A stretch of DNA of 58,889 bases, counting the filler. It is 7 parts of 7 records of this genome, joined end to end, with 100 filler letters (N's around TTAATTAATTAA, not from the genome) between each part and the next. Parts side by side here need not be neighbours in the genome. Positions count along the whole stretch, not along the records: positions 12,071 to 25,437 come from SRR31147125_50841; positions 25,538 to 30,622 come from SRR31147125_51080; positions 30,723 to 35,737 come from SRR31147125_51138; 4 more parts are not named here. One strand, given 5' to 3'. Each line of letters starts with the position of its first letter. Within the stretch, counting starts at the first letter, position 1. Positions 23,890-34,019 of this stretch are shown here, piece after piece. A program made the position numbers and the translations under genes. A model generated the notes under the pieces. It saw nothing but the letters and a program-made list of their open reading frames with translations. It searched no databases and was not told where the DNA came from.

Positions 23890-25293
23890 ATGTCTCAAAA
23901 AATGAATCGTCGATCTTTTTTACGTAAAACTGCCACTGGTCTCGGAGCAGCTGCGCTTGGAACGAGTTTTATTCACAATTGCTCCGGATCCAGCAAACAA
24001 CCGAATATTATCTTTTTATTGACAGACGACCAGAGATGGGATGCCATGGGTGCAATGGGCAACAAGATCATTAAAACACCGAATATGGACAAGTTGGCTC
24101 ATGATGGAACTCTGTTTACCAATGCTTTCGTGACAACAGCCATCTGTTGTACCAGCCGGGCTTCTATTTTTACAGGTCAGTGGGCCCGAAGACACGGCAT
24201 TAATGATTTCAGCACTGATTTTTCTGACGAACAAAAAGCAATGACGTATCATCAGCAGTTGCGTCAGGCCGGATATCGGACCGGCTTTATTGGTAAATAT
24301 GGTGTGGGTAAAAATTTGCCCTCCAAAGACTTTGATTATTGGAAAGGCATTCCAGGTCAACCTAAATATGAGCACATTGATGAAAATGGACAATACAAGC
24401 ACCTGACACAAATCATGGGTGAACAATCCATCGAATTTTTACAGGATTGTTCGCAAGATAAGCCGTTTTGCCTTTCAATCAGTTTCAAAGCACCACATGT
24501 ACAGGATTCCGATCCACGACAATTTTTATATGATCCTGCATACAAGGATTTTTATAAGGATGTGGACATACCCCTGCCCAAAACAGCTGATCCGAAATTC
24601 TGGCAAACATTTCCGGATTTTTTCAAGGAAAACAGTGAAGCACGTCGGCGTTGGGAAATCCGGTTTTCGACTCCCGAGAAATATCAGGAATCTGTCAAAG
24701 GATATTATCGACTTGTATACGGTGTGGATGTTGTTATCGGAAAAATACGGCAGGAATTGGAACACCAGGGGCTGGCTGACAATACCGTGATTATGCTTTT
24801 GGGAGATAATGGTTTTTATCTGGGTGAGCATGGTTTGGCAGGCAAATGGTTTGGGCATGAAGAGTCCATTCGCGTACCATTGATGATCTATGATCCACGT
24901 ATTCCACAAACTCAAAAAGGTCAGGTTTTGGAACAAATGGCTTTGAATGTGGATATGGCTCCGACAATGTTGGATCTGGCTGGTTTGCCCATTCCAGCGG
25001 CCATGCAAGGTAAAAGCCTTCTGCCTGTCATGGAGGGGCAGGCAAAAGAATGGAGACAGGACTTTCTTTATGAACATCTCTTTAAACATCCTGGGATACC
25101 ACAATCAGAGGGTGTTGTAGGCAAAAAATACAAGTACATACGGTATATTGAACAATCACCAGTCTATGAAGAACTTTATGATCTGAAACAGGATCCGCAC
25201 GAAGAGCATAATCTGGCCCTTGATAGAACCTTTGCGGGAATTCTTGACCAAATGCGTGAAAAGACGGATGCTCTTATTGAAAAAACTCGATAG
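23890..25293 (+). CDS. Tat-exported sulfatase
   Basis: MNRRSFL; PNIIFLLTDDQ; ICCTSRASIFTG; GKYG; FKAPH; GDNG..GEHG..GKW; EELYDLKQDP. Confidence 0.92.
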   Translation: MSQKMNRRSFLRKTATGLGAAALGTSFIHNCSGSSKQPNIIFLLTDDQRWDAMGAMGNKIIKTPNMDKLAHDGTLFTNAFVTTAICCTSRASIFTGQWARRHGINDFSTDFSDEQKAMTYHQQLRQAGYRTGFIGKYGVGKNLPSKDFDYWKGIPGQPKYEHIDENGQYKHLTQIMGEQSIEFLQDCSQDKPFCLSISFKAPHVQDSDPRQFLYDPAYKDFYKDVDIPLPKTADPKFWQTFPDFFKENSEARRRWEIRFSTPEKYQESVKGYYRLVYGVDVVIGKIRQELEHQGLADNTVIMLLGDNGFYLGEHGLAGKWFGHEESIRVPLMIYDPRIPQTQKGQVLEQMALNVDMAPTMLDLAGLPIPAAMQGKSLLPVMEGQAKEWRQDFLYEHLFKHPGIPQSEGVVGKKYKYIRYIEQSPVYEELYDLKQDPHEEHNLALDRTFAGILDQMREKTDALIEKTR

Positions 25294-25437
25294 TCATTGT
25301 TAATCTATTGGTTATAAGGAAGTATAAATCAGTATAACGTTAACTGAAACCGATTTCAGATTGAACGGCACGATATGGAGAAGTTTATGTTCAGGAAATT
25401 TCTGCTTTATTTATTTATTACTTTCTCATGTTCTTTT

Positions 25438-25537
25438 NNNNNNNNNNNNNNNNNNNNNNNNNNNNNNNNNNNNNNNNNNNNTTAATTAATTAANNNNNNN
25501 NNNNNNNNNNNNNNNNNNNNNNNNNNNNNNNNNNNNN
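25438..25537. other. artificial contig spacer
   Basis: N44-TTAATTAATTAA-N44. Confidence 0.98.
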
Positions 25538-27301
25538 GGTGGTGAGGGGGTAATCCCTGCTATGATTGGATATCACTCGCTGTCTGTCCTTGCTGATGCT
25601 TATGTAAAAGGTATCAGGGATTATGATGTTGCCAAAGCTTATAAAGCAATGGTAGCTCTGGCCAATGATAAAGACAGAGAGGGCAAAGAGCTGTATATGC
25701 ATTATGGATATATTCCATCCGATTTGGAAGGGCAGTCGGTATCCAGAACTCTGGAATATAGTTATAACGACTGGTGTGTTACCAGGCTTGCAAAAGATTT
25801 TAGTGACGAGGATTACCTTTATTTCAGTCAACGTGGTGACTTTTATAAAAATGTATTCTCTAAAGAAGATAATTTCATGCGAGGGCGTCAAAGTAACTTT
25901 CAATTTGTGCCTGATTTTGATCCCATGGTCACCATCAATCATTATACCGAAGCGAATGCCTACCAATACAGCACTTTTGTGCCTCAGGATGTAGCAGGAT
26001 TAATTGAACTGATGGGCGGGGATAAAAATTTTGAACAGTGGTTGGATGATTGTTTTTCTATTCAAACCGATTTTTCTAAAATCAATGTTCAGGATGTCAC
26101 CGGCTTGATTGGACAATATGCGCATGGCAATGAACCGAGTCATCATATTGCCTATTTATATGATTACGTCGGGACTCCCTGGAAGACCCAGAAAATGGTA
26201 AGACAGATACTGTCAACTTTATACACCGACAAGGCTGACGGCATTGACGGCAATGAAGATTGTGGACAAATGTCCGCCTGGTATGTTTTGAGCGCCATGG
26301 GATTTTATTCGGTAACTCCGGGTCAGCCTTATTATGCCATTGGAAGTCCTGTTTTTGACACGATTACGTTTAATCTTGAAAACGGAAACACATTCGAGAT
26401 CATTGCGAAAAATAATGGGGCAGAGAATGTATACATACAGTCGGCAGAGTTAAACGGCAAACCTTATACAAAAACTTTTCTGAACCATCAGGATATAATG
26501 AATGGCGGGAAAATCGTTTTTGAAATGGCAAACAAGCCAAATAAAAAATGGGGAGTAAAAAAAGAAGACCGTCCTTATGCACCGGAGAAAAAGTTCAAAT
26601 ATGCAAAAGCGCCAAAAATAGAGTTCCCCAATATACTGTTTCTGGAAAGCACAACAATAACCATGTCAAGCGATGAACCTGGGGCTAAAATCTATTATAC
26701 CGTGGACGGAACCGAACCAACAGCAAAATCAATTCGCTACACAAAACCAATAACAATAACTGAATCGTCTGTTGTAAAAACAAAGAGTTTTGTTGACGGG
26801 TTTTATCCAAGCTACACTGAAACTGTAAATTTAAACACCATTGAAATGCTCGATGCTGTCAAGGTATCGGGAGAATTGGCGCCGGGAATCAAGTATGTAT
26901 ACAAAGAGGGAGATTTTGGAGATACCAAACGTATGAAAAATTTTCCATCTCTGGGAACCGGATTTTTGGAATACTTTCATGTGAATGCCATCAAAGATCA
27001 AAGGCAATTCGGATATAATTTTGACGGCTATTTAAAAGTCCCGGCAACAGGCGTTTATAATTTCTCGCTTGAGGCGAATGATGGCGCTATTTTATTTATC
27101 AATGACAAGATGATTATCGATAATGATGGCGGACACAGGGCTCAGAGACTGGATACAAAGATAGGACTACAGAAAGGATGGCATCCCATAAAGGTGGATT
27201 ATTTCCAGCAGGGACTTGCCAAAAGCCTTTTCGTAACCTGGGAAGGGCCAGGTGTTGAAAAACAGGAGATTCCCAAGAGTGCGCTTTATTATAAAAAATA
27301 A
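25538..27301 (+). CDS. GH92 alpha-mannosidase with Fn3-like and PA14 domains (5'-partial)
   Basis: MIGYHS, SRTLEYSYND, YTEANAYQY, GQYAHGNEPSHH, GNEDCGQMSAW; IYYTVDGTEPT; PA14 ANDGA..IIDNDGGH. Confidence 0.92.
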   Translation, partial: GGEGVIPAMIGYHSLSVLADAYVKGIRDYDVAKAYKAMVALANDKDREGKELYMHYGYIPSDLEGQSVSRTLEYSYNDWCVTRLAKDFSDEDYLYFSQRGDFYKNVFSKEDNFMRGRQSNFQFVPDFDPMVTINHYTEANAYQYSTFVPQDVAGLIELMGGDKNFEQWLDDCFSIQTDFSKINVQDVTGLIGQYAHGNEPSHHIAYLYDYVGTPWKTQKMVRQILSTLYTDKADGIDGNEDCGQMSAWYVLSAMGFYSVTPGQPYYAIGSPVFDTITFNLENGNTFEIIAKNNGAENVYIQSAELNGKPYTKTFLNHQDIMNGGKIVFEMANKPNKKWGVKKEDRPYAPEKKFKYAKAPKIEFPNILFLESTTITMSSDEPGAKIYYTVDGTEPTAKSIRYTKPITITESSVVKTKSFVDGFYPSYTETVNLNTIEMLDAVKVSGELAPGIKYVYKEGDFGDTKRMKNFPSLGTGFLEYFHVNAIKDQRQFGYNFDGYLKVPATGVYNFSLEANDGAILFINDKMIIDNDGGHRAQRLDTKIGLQKGWHPIKVDYFQQGLAKSLFVTWEGPGVEKQEIPKSALYYKK

Positions 27302-27344
27302 ACAATACCATTTTGAACCACTCGCATAAATCACATGGAGTGAA

Positions 27345-30300
27345 ATGAACATGCTAAACCGACAAAAAATAACGTTATTACTCTCGTTTTTCGTGTTGTT
27401 TCTTTTTATTGCAGAGTTGTATGCTGGCAAGGGAGAACGTCTTTGGACCTATAAATCTGGAAATACCAATTTTGACGCATCAGCGGCTGTTGGCGATGTC
27501 GATCTTGATGGTTATCTTGATATTGTGGTTGTCAGTCTAACGGGTGATGTGATCGCACTCGATGGTCATGGTCGCGAAATCTGGAAAACCGGTCTGGATG
27601 ATAAAATAACGATTGCTCCTACTGTTGTTGATGTAACGGGTAATTCCGGACTGGAAGTGCTGGTATTGACACAATCGGGGCACATTCATTGTATAGACGG
27701 TCTCACCGGAAAAACAGTATGGCAAAACAATTCCCTTGGAGCGATCAAGTGGGCGTGTATGACTGTTGTTGCTGCCGATATTGACCGGGATGGAGATATT
27801 GAAATTCTTGCCGCGGATATGGAAGGAAAACTTTGTGTCTTGCCGGCAATGGTAAAAAACAATGGCAGTATCATGAATCCGAGGGCATTGGCTCTGCTCC
27901 AGCTGTGGGCGATCTTGATGGCGACGGGAAATCAGAAATCATCATTGCTTCAGAAGATACGCCTCTGATTTGTCTGAATCATAAAGGAAAGGTGCAGTGG
28001 CGATTTAAACCACAGGGAGATGTACTGTCTTCCGGACGAAAAAGTGAAGTAACTGCACCGGTAGTCCGGGATCTTGACAAAGACGGGATTGCAGAGATTG
28101 TAACCGGAATGGGATTTGAGCTTGTTGCTGTAAACAGCAAGGGGAAATTGATCTGGTCATTTCCTGTTAAAAACAGGATAGACAGTGCCATTTCCATTGC
28201 GGATGCAGACGGAGACGGAAATATAGAAACATACGCAAGTGAATTGTCCGGAAATATTGTATGTGTAACAGCGGATGGGAAGTCAAAATGGACCGCAAAC
28301 CTTGGCGGCCGCTCCCGTCGGTCACCGGCTATTGCTGATGTTGATGGTAATGGAATCGTTGAAATTCTCGCAGCCGGTTATGGCGGTAAAATGAATGTCT
28401 TTGACCCTGCCGGTAAACTTGAAGAAGAACTTTTAATAAAGGGCGGCACCAATGCCGCTCCGGTCATTGCCGACCTTTTAGGAGATGGCGGGCTATGCGC
28501 CATCGTGCCGGAAATCAGCGGCAACCTTGTAGTTTATCGCTGGGCGCCTGTTATTAAAAATCCTGAAATACTATGGCCTGAATATCGTGCCTGGGCTTCC
28601 CGAACAGCCGGGGAATTTTCTCAAAGCACAAGAAGAATCAGCTCACATAGTGCTCAAGCTGGTCCCGTTAATATTACTGATGCCGAAAAATTAACGTTTT
28701 TGGATAATTTGTCTGGATTGAAAAAGATACAGGGTGAACTTTTAAAACTTGTCCCGCACCTGAAAGATAGCAAAGGAGTGCTGGAGCGTGTACATTACCT
28801 GAGCGATGCTGTTGATCAGGCTCAAAAATCCGTTTTAAAAGTTGCTGATTTGACGCCGATTCAAAGACGTGAGCTGCGGGATAATTTGGCTGAATGGAAT
28901 GTTGAGCTTTTCCGCTTGCTGAAAATATCAAAACAAGCTGTTGAAAAAGGTGACATTCTTGCCGCCTATGCAGCGAATCCATGGGCGCCGTTTGGTGGTA
29001 TGGATGAAATTGTTGAGGAACGTACATCAGAAACAAAAATTTCTGTTGAAGCATTTCAGGGTGAATTCGAATCAGCTGCGGCAAATGTGTTCAATTTTAG
29101 CGGCAGCGCACGAACACTGCGGGTGATGGTTGATGATTTTTCTGCGCCACAAAATGCAGCGGCTGTTTCTGCAGACGATGTAATCACGTTGCGCGAGGTT
29201 GTTGACGTACCAACCCAGGATTCCGATCTTTCTGCAGACGCGCTGCCGGAACTAAACACCGGGAACCTGCTGGTTGTCCCGGCCTGGGAAGGAAGACAGC
29301 TTTGGTTTACAATCAATACGGCCAAACTGACGTCCGGAACATGGAGGACCAGAGTTCATCTTAAAAGCCTGGACGTTCAATTCGTTGAAACAACAGTGGA
29401 ATTGAGCATCCGGATTTGGGATGTACCTTTGCCAAAAGAACAACCATTAAATCTGTGTAATTGGAGTGGAACGACACAGCCGGAAGGAACATTTAAAGAT
29501 CAAATCTCTCATGGCGTAAATGTGTTTACTCGCACTGTTCCCCCAAAAGCAACATTTGATGAATCCGGCAAGATCACAAACATCGATTATTCGGCACACG
29601 ATGCTTTTATGGCAAAACATGCACCAAAGGGAACCATCCTTTTTCACAGTCTGGTACATTTGAATGGCCCTGCGCCTGCATTTTCGGATACATGGCTAAA
29701 AGCATACAAAAGTTTCATTCCCAAATGGATTAAGCATCTGAAAGAGCAAGGTTATGGATATGAAAATTTTGCATTTTATCCTCAGGATGAACCCGGCCTT
29801 GAACATGGAAAAAATGTACAGAGATTTATGAAATGGGCGAAACCTGTGCGTGGAATTGATTCGAAAATTCGCATCTATGCCAATCCGGTTCATCATATTA
29901 CCATGCAGCAGCTTGAAGAGATAGCCCCTTATGTAGATATCTGGGTTCCATTGCAAACTATAGGTTTCCCAAAAGAAAAACTGGATTTTATACATTCCAC
30001 AGGTGCGTTAATGTGGAATTATGATTGTTCTGAAAATGGCAAGAAATTGTCCCCCTTGAATTATTACCGGGGCCAGGCCTGGATGTGCTGGCATTTTGGA
30101 CATACAGGCATTGGATTTTGGACCTATTATTACAACAGTCATTTTTGGTTTCAACCGGAAGCAGGCTTTGAATACGATATGATTTATGAAGGAAAGGGCG
30201 TTGTCACCAGCAAACGCTGGGAAGCGGTGCGAGATGGTGTTGAGGATTATACGCTGTTGTACACTTTGAAAAACGCAGCGGAGGCTGCAGAAAACGAAAC

Positions 30301-30511
30301 ACAAAAAGAACTGGTGCGCAAAGCACAGAGTGTGTTAGTTGAAAAAGCGGCGGTCATTGCAGATTATTCCAAAGACTCTAAACACAATGTTAATTACGTT
30401 GGTAATGAGGGAGGAAAAGACAACGTGCGCACAATTGTTGATAAACGCTATGAAATGCTTTGCAAAGTTCGCCGGGAAATCGCCGAGTTGCTGGTGCAAT
30501 TGCAAAAGTAA
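27345..30511 (+). CDS. secreted FG-GAP/PQQ-like beta-propeller fused to a GH123/DUF4091-like domain (one indel at about 27833)
   Basis: Signal peptide; repeated DxDGDG motifs; one extra T joins 27345-27968 to 27833-30511; C-terminal QDEP, VDIW, SKRWEAVRDGVEDY. Confidence 0.78.
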
Positions 30512-30543
30512 CTTTAGAGGGGGATAAATATCAAGTTATTTTA

Positions 30544-30590
30544 CGCCCGCCATGGTTATGGCGGGCGATCAGAAGCGAAGCAAAGCTTCT
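30544..30590. repeat. REP-like double hairpin near contig end
   Basis: CGCCCGCCAT-GGTT-ATGGCGGGCG followed by AGAAGC-GAAGCAAA-GCTTCT. Confidence 0.5.
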
Positions 30591-30622
30591 TCTGCCAGTT
30601 GCGTCCCAAATTTTAATTTGGG

Positions 30623-30722
30623 NNNNNNNNNNNNNNNNNNNNNNNNNNNNNNNNNNNNNNNNNNNNTTAATTAATTAANNNNNNNNNNNNNNNNNNNNNN
30701 NNNNNNNNNNNNNNNNNNNNNN
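30623..30722. other. artificial contig spacer
   Basis: N44-TTAATTAATTAA-N44. Confidence 0.98.
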
Positions 30723-32531
30723 CCTCTTGATATCCGCACCGACCACCCGCGGGACATTCGCCTCGCCATCAGACACGACGACCACGAGCGGGACGATCTG
30801 TGGCTGCTTCTGTCTGGCAATACGGACAAGCTGCCCGGCCCTGAACAAGCCATCTGCTAATGGGGTCGCGCCACCTACGGTGAGTTGTCGCAAACGCTGT
30901 TGCGCCAAAGAAACACTGGATGTTGGCGGCAGCAGAACATCCGCCTGCTGGCCTCTAAAAGAAACCAGAGCGACCTGGTCCCGTTGCTGGTAAGCCGTCA
31001 ACAGCCAGCCGAGGATCGCTCCCTTGGCGGCTTTCATTCTTTCGATGGTGCCCTGCCCCATGGAATCGGAGGCATCCACAACAAAGACAATCAGCGTTTT
31101 CTGCTTTTTTCTGAAAACTTTCTGTCGCAGATCCTGCTTTTCCAGGCGCTTGAATGAGAATTCAGATCTTTGACGGATAAAACCTGCAACCAGGCTCGCA
31201 CCATAATCCAGCCTGACCCCAGAGTACTGGTGACCCAGTGGCACACTGCGCACATGACGACCAGAGCGCGTATCGCGCTGCAAACGTTTTGAACGCCCAC
31301 CCTGCGGATGCGAAAGGTGTCCCACTTTGAAATTAAGAGGCGCAAGACAGAGGTCGTCTGCGATGTTGATCAGCCGTTCAGAAGTTTTTTTAAAGGTCTC
31401 AAACAGCATGCTGCCTGCGGCAGCCGCTCCCGGAAATTCAAAATCAGCAAGCGGCCCCAGAGACTCCGCGTCAAGGCCGGCATCACAATCCTCACCTTGA
31501 TTCGGTTTATGCTCGCTGAGTGCATGACTCAGAGTCTTTTCAGCCTGTTCCGCATCCATCAGAATTCCACCGGGCAACCGGTGCAGCAGAACCAGCCGGG
31601 CAACCTCGGCCAGTTCAACCGCCGTCACCTGTTCTTTGTCCATGAGCGCCGCCAGGGCACGGGCGGCTTTCAGAAGAGCCAGATCCGCACGGTGGCCCTG
31701 AACTTTCAGCTGCAGCGCCAGTTGGACCGCCATCGCCAGGGCAGCATCGGAAAGGACAACCTGCTCCAGAGCGTGACGAGCCGTTGCAATCTGTGTTCTA
31801 AGGAAATCATCCTGAGCGCTCCATTCAGCGACGAAACGCTGCGGGTCCTGCTCAAAAGCAAGCCGCCTGCGTATCAGCTCTGTGCGCTGTTCCGGGCCAG
31901 TCACCCCCTCAACTGTGACCATCAGACCAAAGCGATCAAGGAATTGCGGACGTAACTCGCCCTCTTCAGGGTTCATCGTACCGATGAGCATAAAGCGGGA
32001 GGGATGAGTGATGCAGAACCCGTCCCGTTCGACCCGGTTGATCCCCGATGCAGCGGCATCCAGCAGGAGATCCACCAAGTGATCTTCAAGCAGGTTGACT
32101 TCATCGACGTAGAGAATCCCACGATTGGCCGTGGCGAGCAGGCCGGGTTCGAAATGGCGCGCTCCCCGCTTCAGGGTCTCTTCCAGGTGGACACTTCCGG
32201 CAACACGATCTTCCGTTGCTCCTAGAGGGAGTTCAACCACAGGAGTCGGGATTGTGATTTGATCGATTTTAGAACCGGCTTCGAGGCTTTCTCGACAGGC
32301 ATCATGCATCTGGTTCGGACGATCGGGAGGGCAATGGTAAGGACAGCCATCAACGGCTGTCAGCTGCGGAAGCAAGCTTGCCAAAGCACGCGCCGCCGTT
32401 GACTTCGCTGTCCCCTTCTGGCCGCGGATCAGCACGCCGCCGATGGTCGGATCGACGGCATTCAACAGCAGTGCAGTTTTCATCGCCTCCTGTCCGACAA
32501 TGGCACTGAAAGGATAGAGCGGTTCATTCAT
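30723..32531 (-). CDS. ChlD/BchD-like chelatase subunit (ChlI-like AAA+ plus vWA), 3'-truncated
   Basis: YPFSAIVGQ, GQKGTAKST, LYVDEVNLL, GTMNPEEGELRPQFLDRF; vWA FVVDASDSM, GGATPLADGL, SDGEAN. Confidence 0.9.
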
Positions 32532-32546
32532 AGGATGTCACCCATG

Positions 32547-33802
32547 TCAGGGCAGGGCCTCCGCAACCAGATCGAGAATGTGAACAGCCCGCTGTTTGCC
32601 ATCGGCGTGGTTAATACTGTCCTGAAGCTGCATAATGCACCCGGGACAATCGGTCGCTACCAATCCGGCACCGCTGTCTGCAATCGCGGTCGCTTTTTTG
32701 GCCCCGATCGTTTTAGCCGTGTCGTAATGATACACGGAGTAAGTCCCGCCCAGACCGCAGCAGCTGGCAGCATTCTCCATTTCGACATAGTCGACCTGTG
32801 GCAGCGCTTTGAGGACTTGTCTCGGCTCTTTAGTAATGCCGTGATTGCGAAGGTGGCAGGGATCATGGTAGGTGACTTTAATCGGCCTATCCGCTTTGGG
32901 AAGTTCGTTCAACTTATCAACAAAACCCTGCTCAACGAGATAGACGAAGATATCCCTGACCTTGTCTTTATAATCACCGATCTCCCCATCCATTCCCGGA
33001 TAAACCTGAGTCAGGCCCGAGTGACAGGAAGCACAGGCAGTGACGACAGTATCGTACTCGTAACGGGAGAGCATCTCGAGGTTCTCAGCCGCGAGGCTTT
33101 CAACCGTTTCGGTCGCCCCGGAGGAGACCGCCGCAAACCGCAGCAGACTTGTGATTTGGGAATGAGAACATTGACACCAATAAATTTCAGCGCCTTCAGC
33201 AAAGCTTCCCCGCTGTCCGGATACATGTAATTGATCCCACAGCCAGTAAAAAACAGAACCGTCGGTTGCCCGTCTTCCCCCTTGATGAATTCCGGGTGAC
33301 GCTCACGGAACGGCTTGCTGGCTACCGGAGGCAGGGTTCGATCAGAACTGATAAAGGGAGCTGGGAAGCGCAGTTTCATGCCGCTGTTGTCGGGCAACTT
33401 CTTGAACAACAAACTGGAGAGCTTGCCCCCCGTTTTCGCCAAAGCATTCATCAGGTTCTGATGCTTGAGCACGGTCGAAACACCGAATCCGAAGGTCGAC
33501 AACCCTTTTCGCGCGGCAATCTCACGCCGGGTCGCGGCGACAATCTCCTCGGTCGGCACCTTGTTCGGACATTGAGAATAGCAGCTGCCACACAGCAGGC
33601 ACTGAGACATATCGAGCAGGAATTTATCTTCGAGATCGATGTCCCCCTTCAGCAGAGAATCCGCCAGGGCAATCTTTCCACGCGCGACACGCCCCTCGTG
33701 CTTCACAGCGCCGAAGGCCGGACAGTGCGCCCGACAACAACCACACTTGACACACTGATCGATGACGTCGCGATACTCTTCAAGTTTTTTCAGTTTAGCC
33801 AT
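32547..33802 (-). CDS. glcF: GlcF-like Fe-S/CCG-domain subunit (one indel at about 33134)
   Basis: CVKCGCCRAHCP, CLLCGSCYSQCP, FFTGC, CCG, ACASC, YHDPCH, CCGLGG, DCPGC; adding one C restores CCGLPAVSSG. Confidence 0.85.
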
Positions 33803-33823
33803 ATCTATGAAACCTTAAACCTG

Positions 33824-34012
33824 TAGCCACGAAGACTCTAAGAACACCAAGAAAAACACAATCAAAGGCTTTTGACGGAGAGACGAAAAGACACAGAGAA
33901 AAGCATTTTTCAGGATTTAAAACCAAATAAATGATTTTGATTTACCCTCTGCGAACTCTCCACCTCTGCGTTAAAAAGGCCTTTCTTTGAGTTCTTTGTG
34001 TCTTAGTGGCTA
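33824..34012. repeat. 189-bp nested imperfect inverted repeat with 9-nt periodic units (REP/MITE-like)
   Basis: Left arm TAGCCACGAAGACTCTAAGAACACCAAG vs reverse complement of right arm TAGCCACTAAGACACAAAGAACTCAAAG; inner pair GACGGAGAGACGAAAAGACACAGAG vs AACGCAGAGGTGGAGAGTTCGCAGAG. Confidence 0.8.
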
Positions 34013-34019
34013 TCGGATT

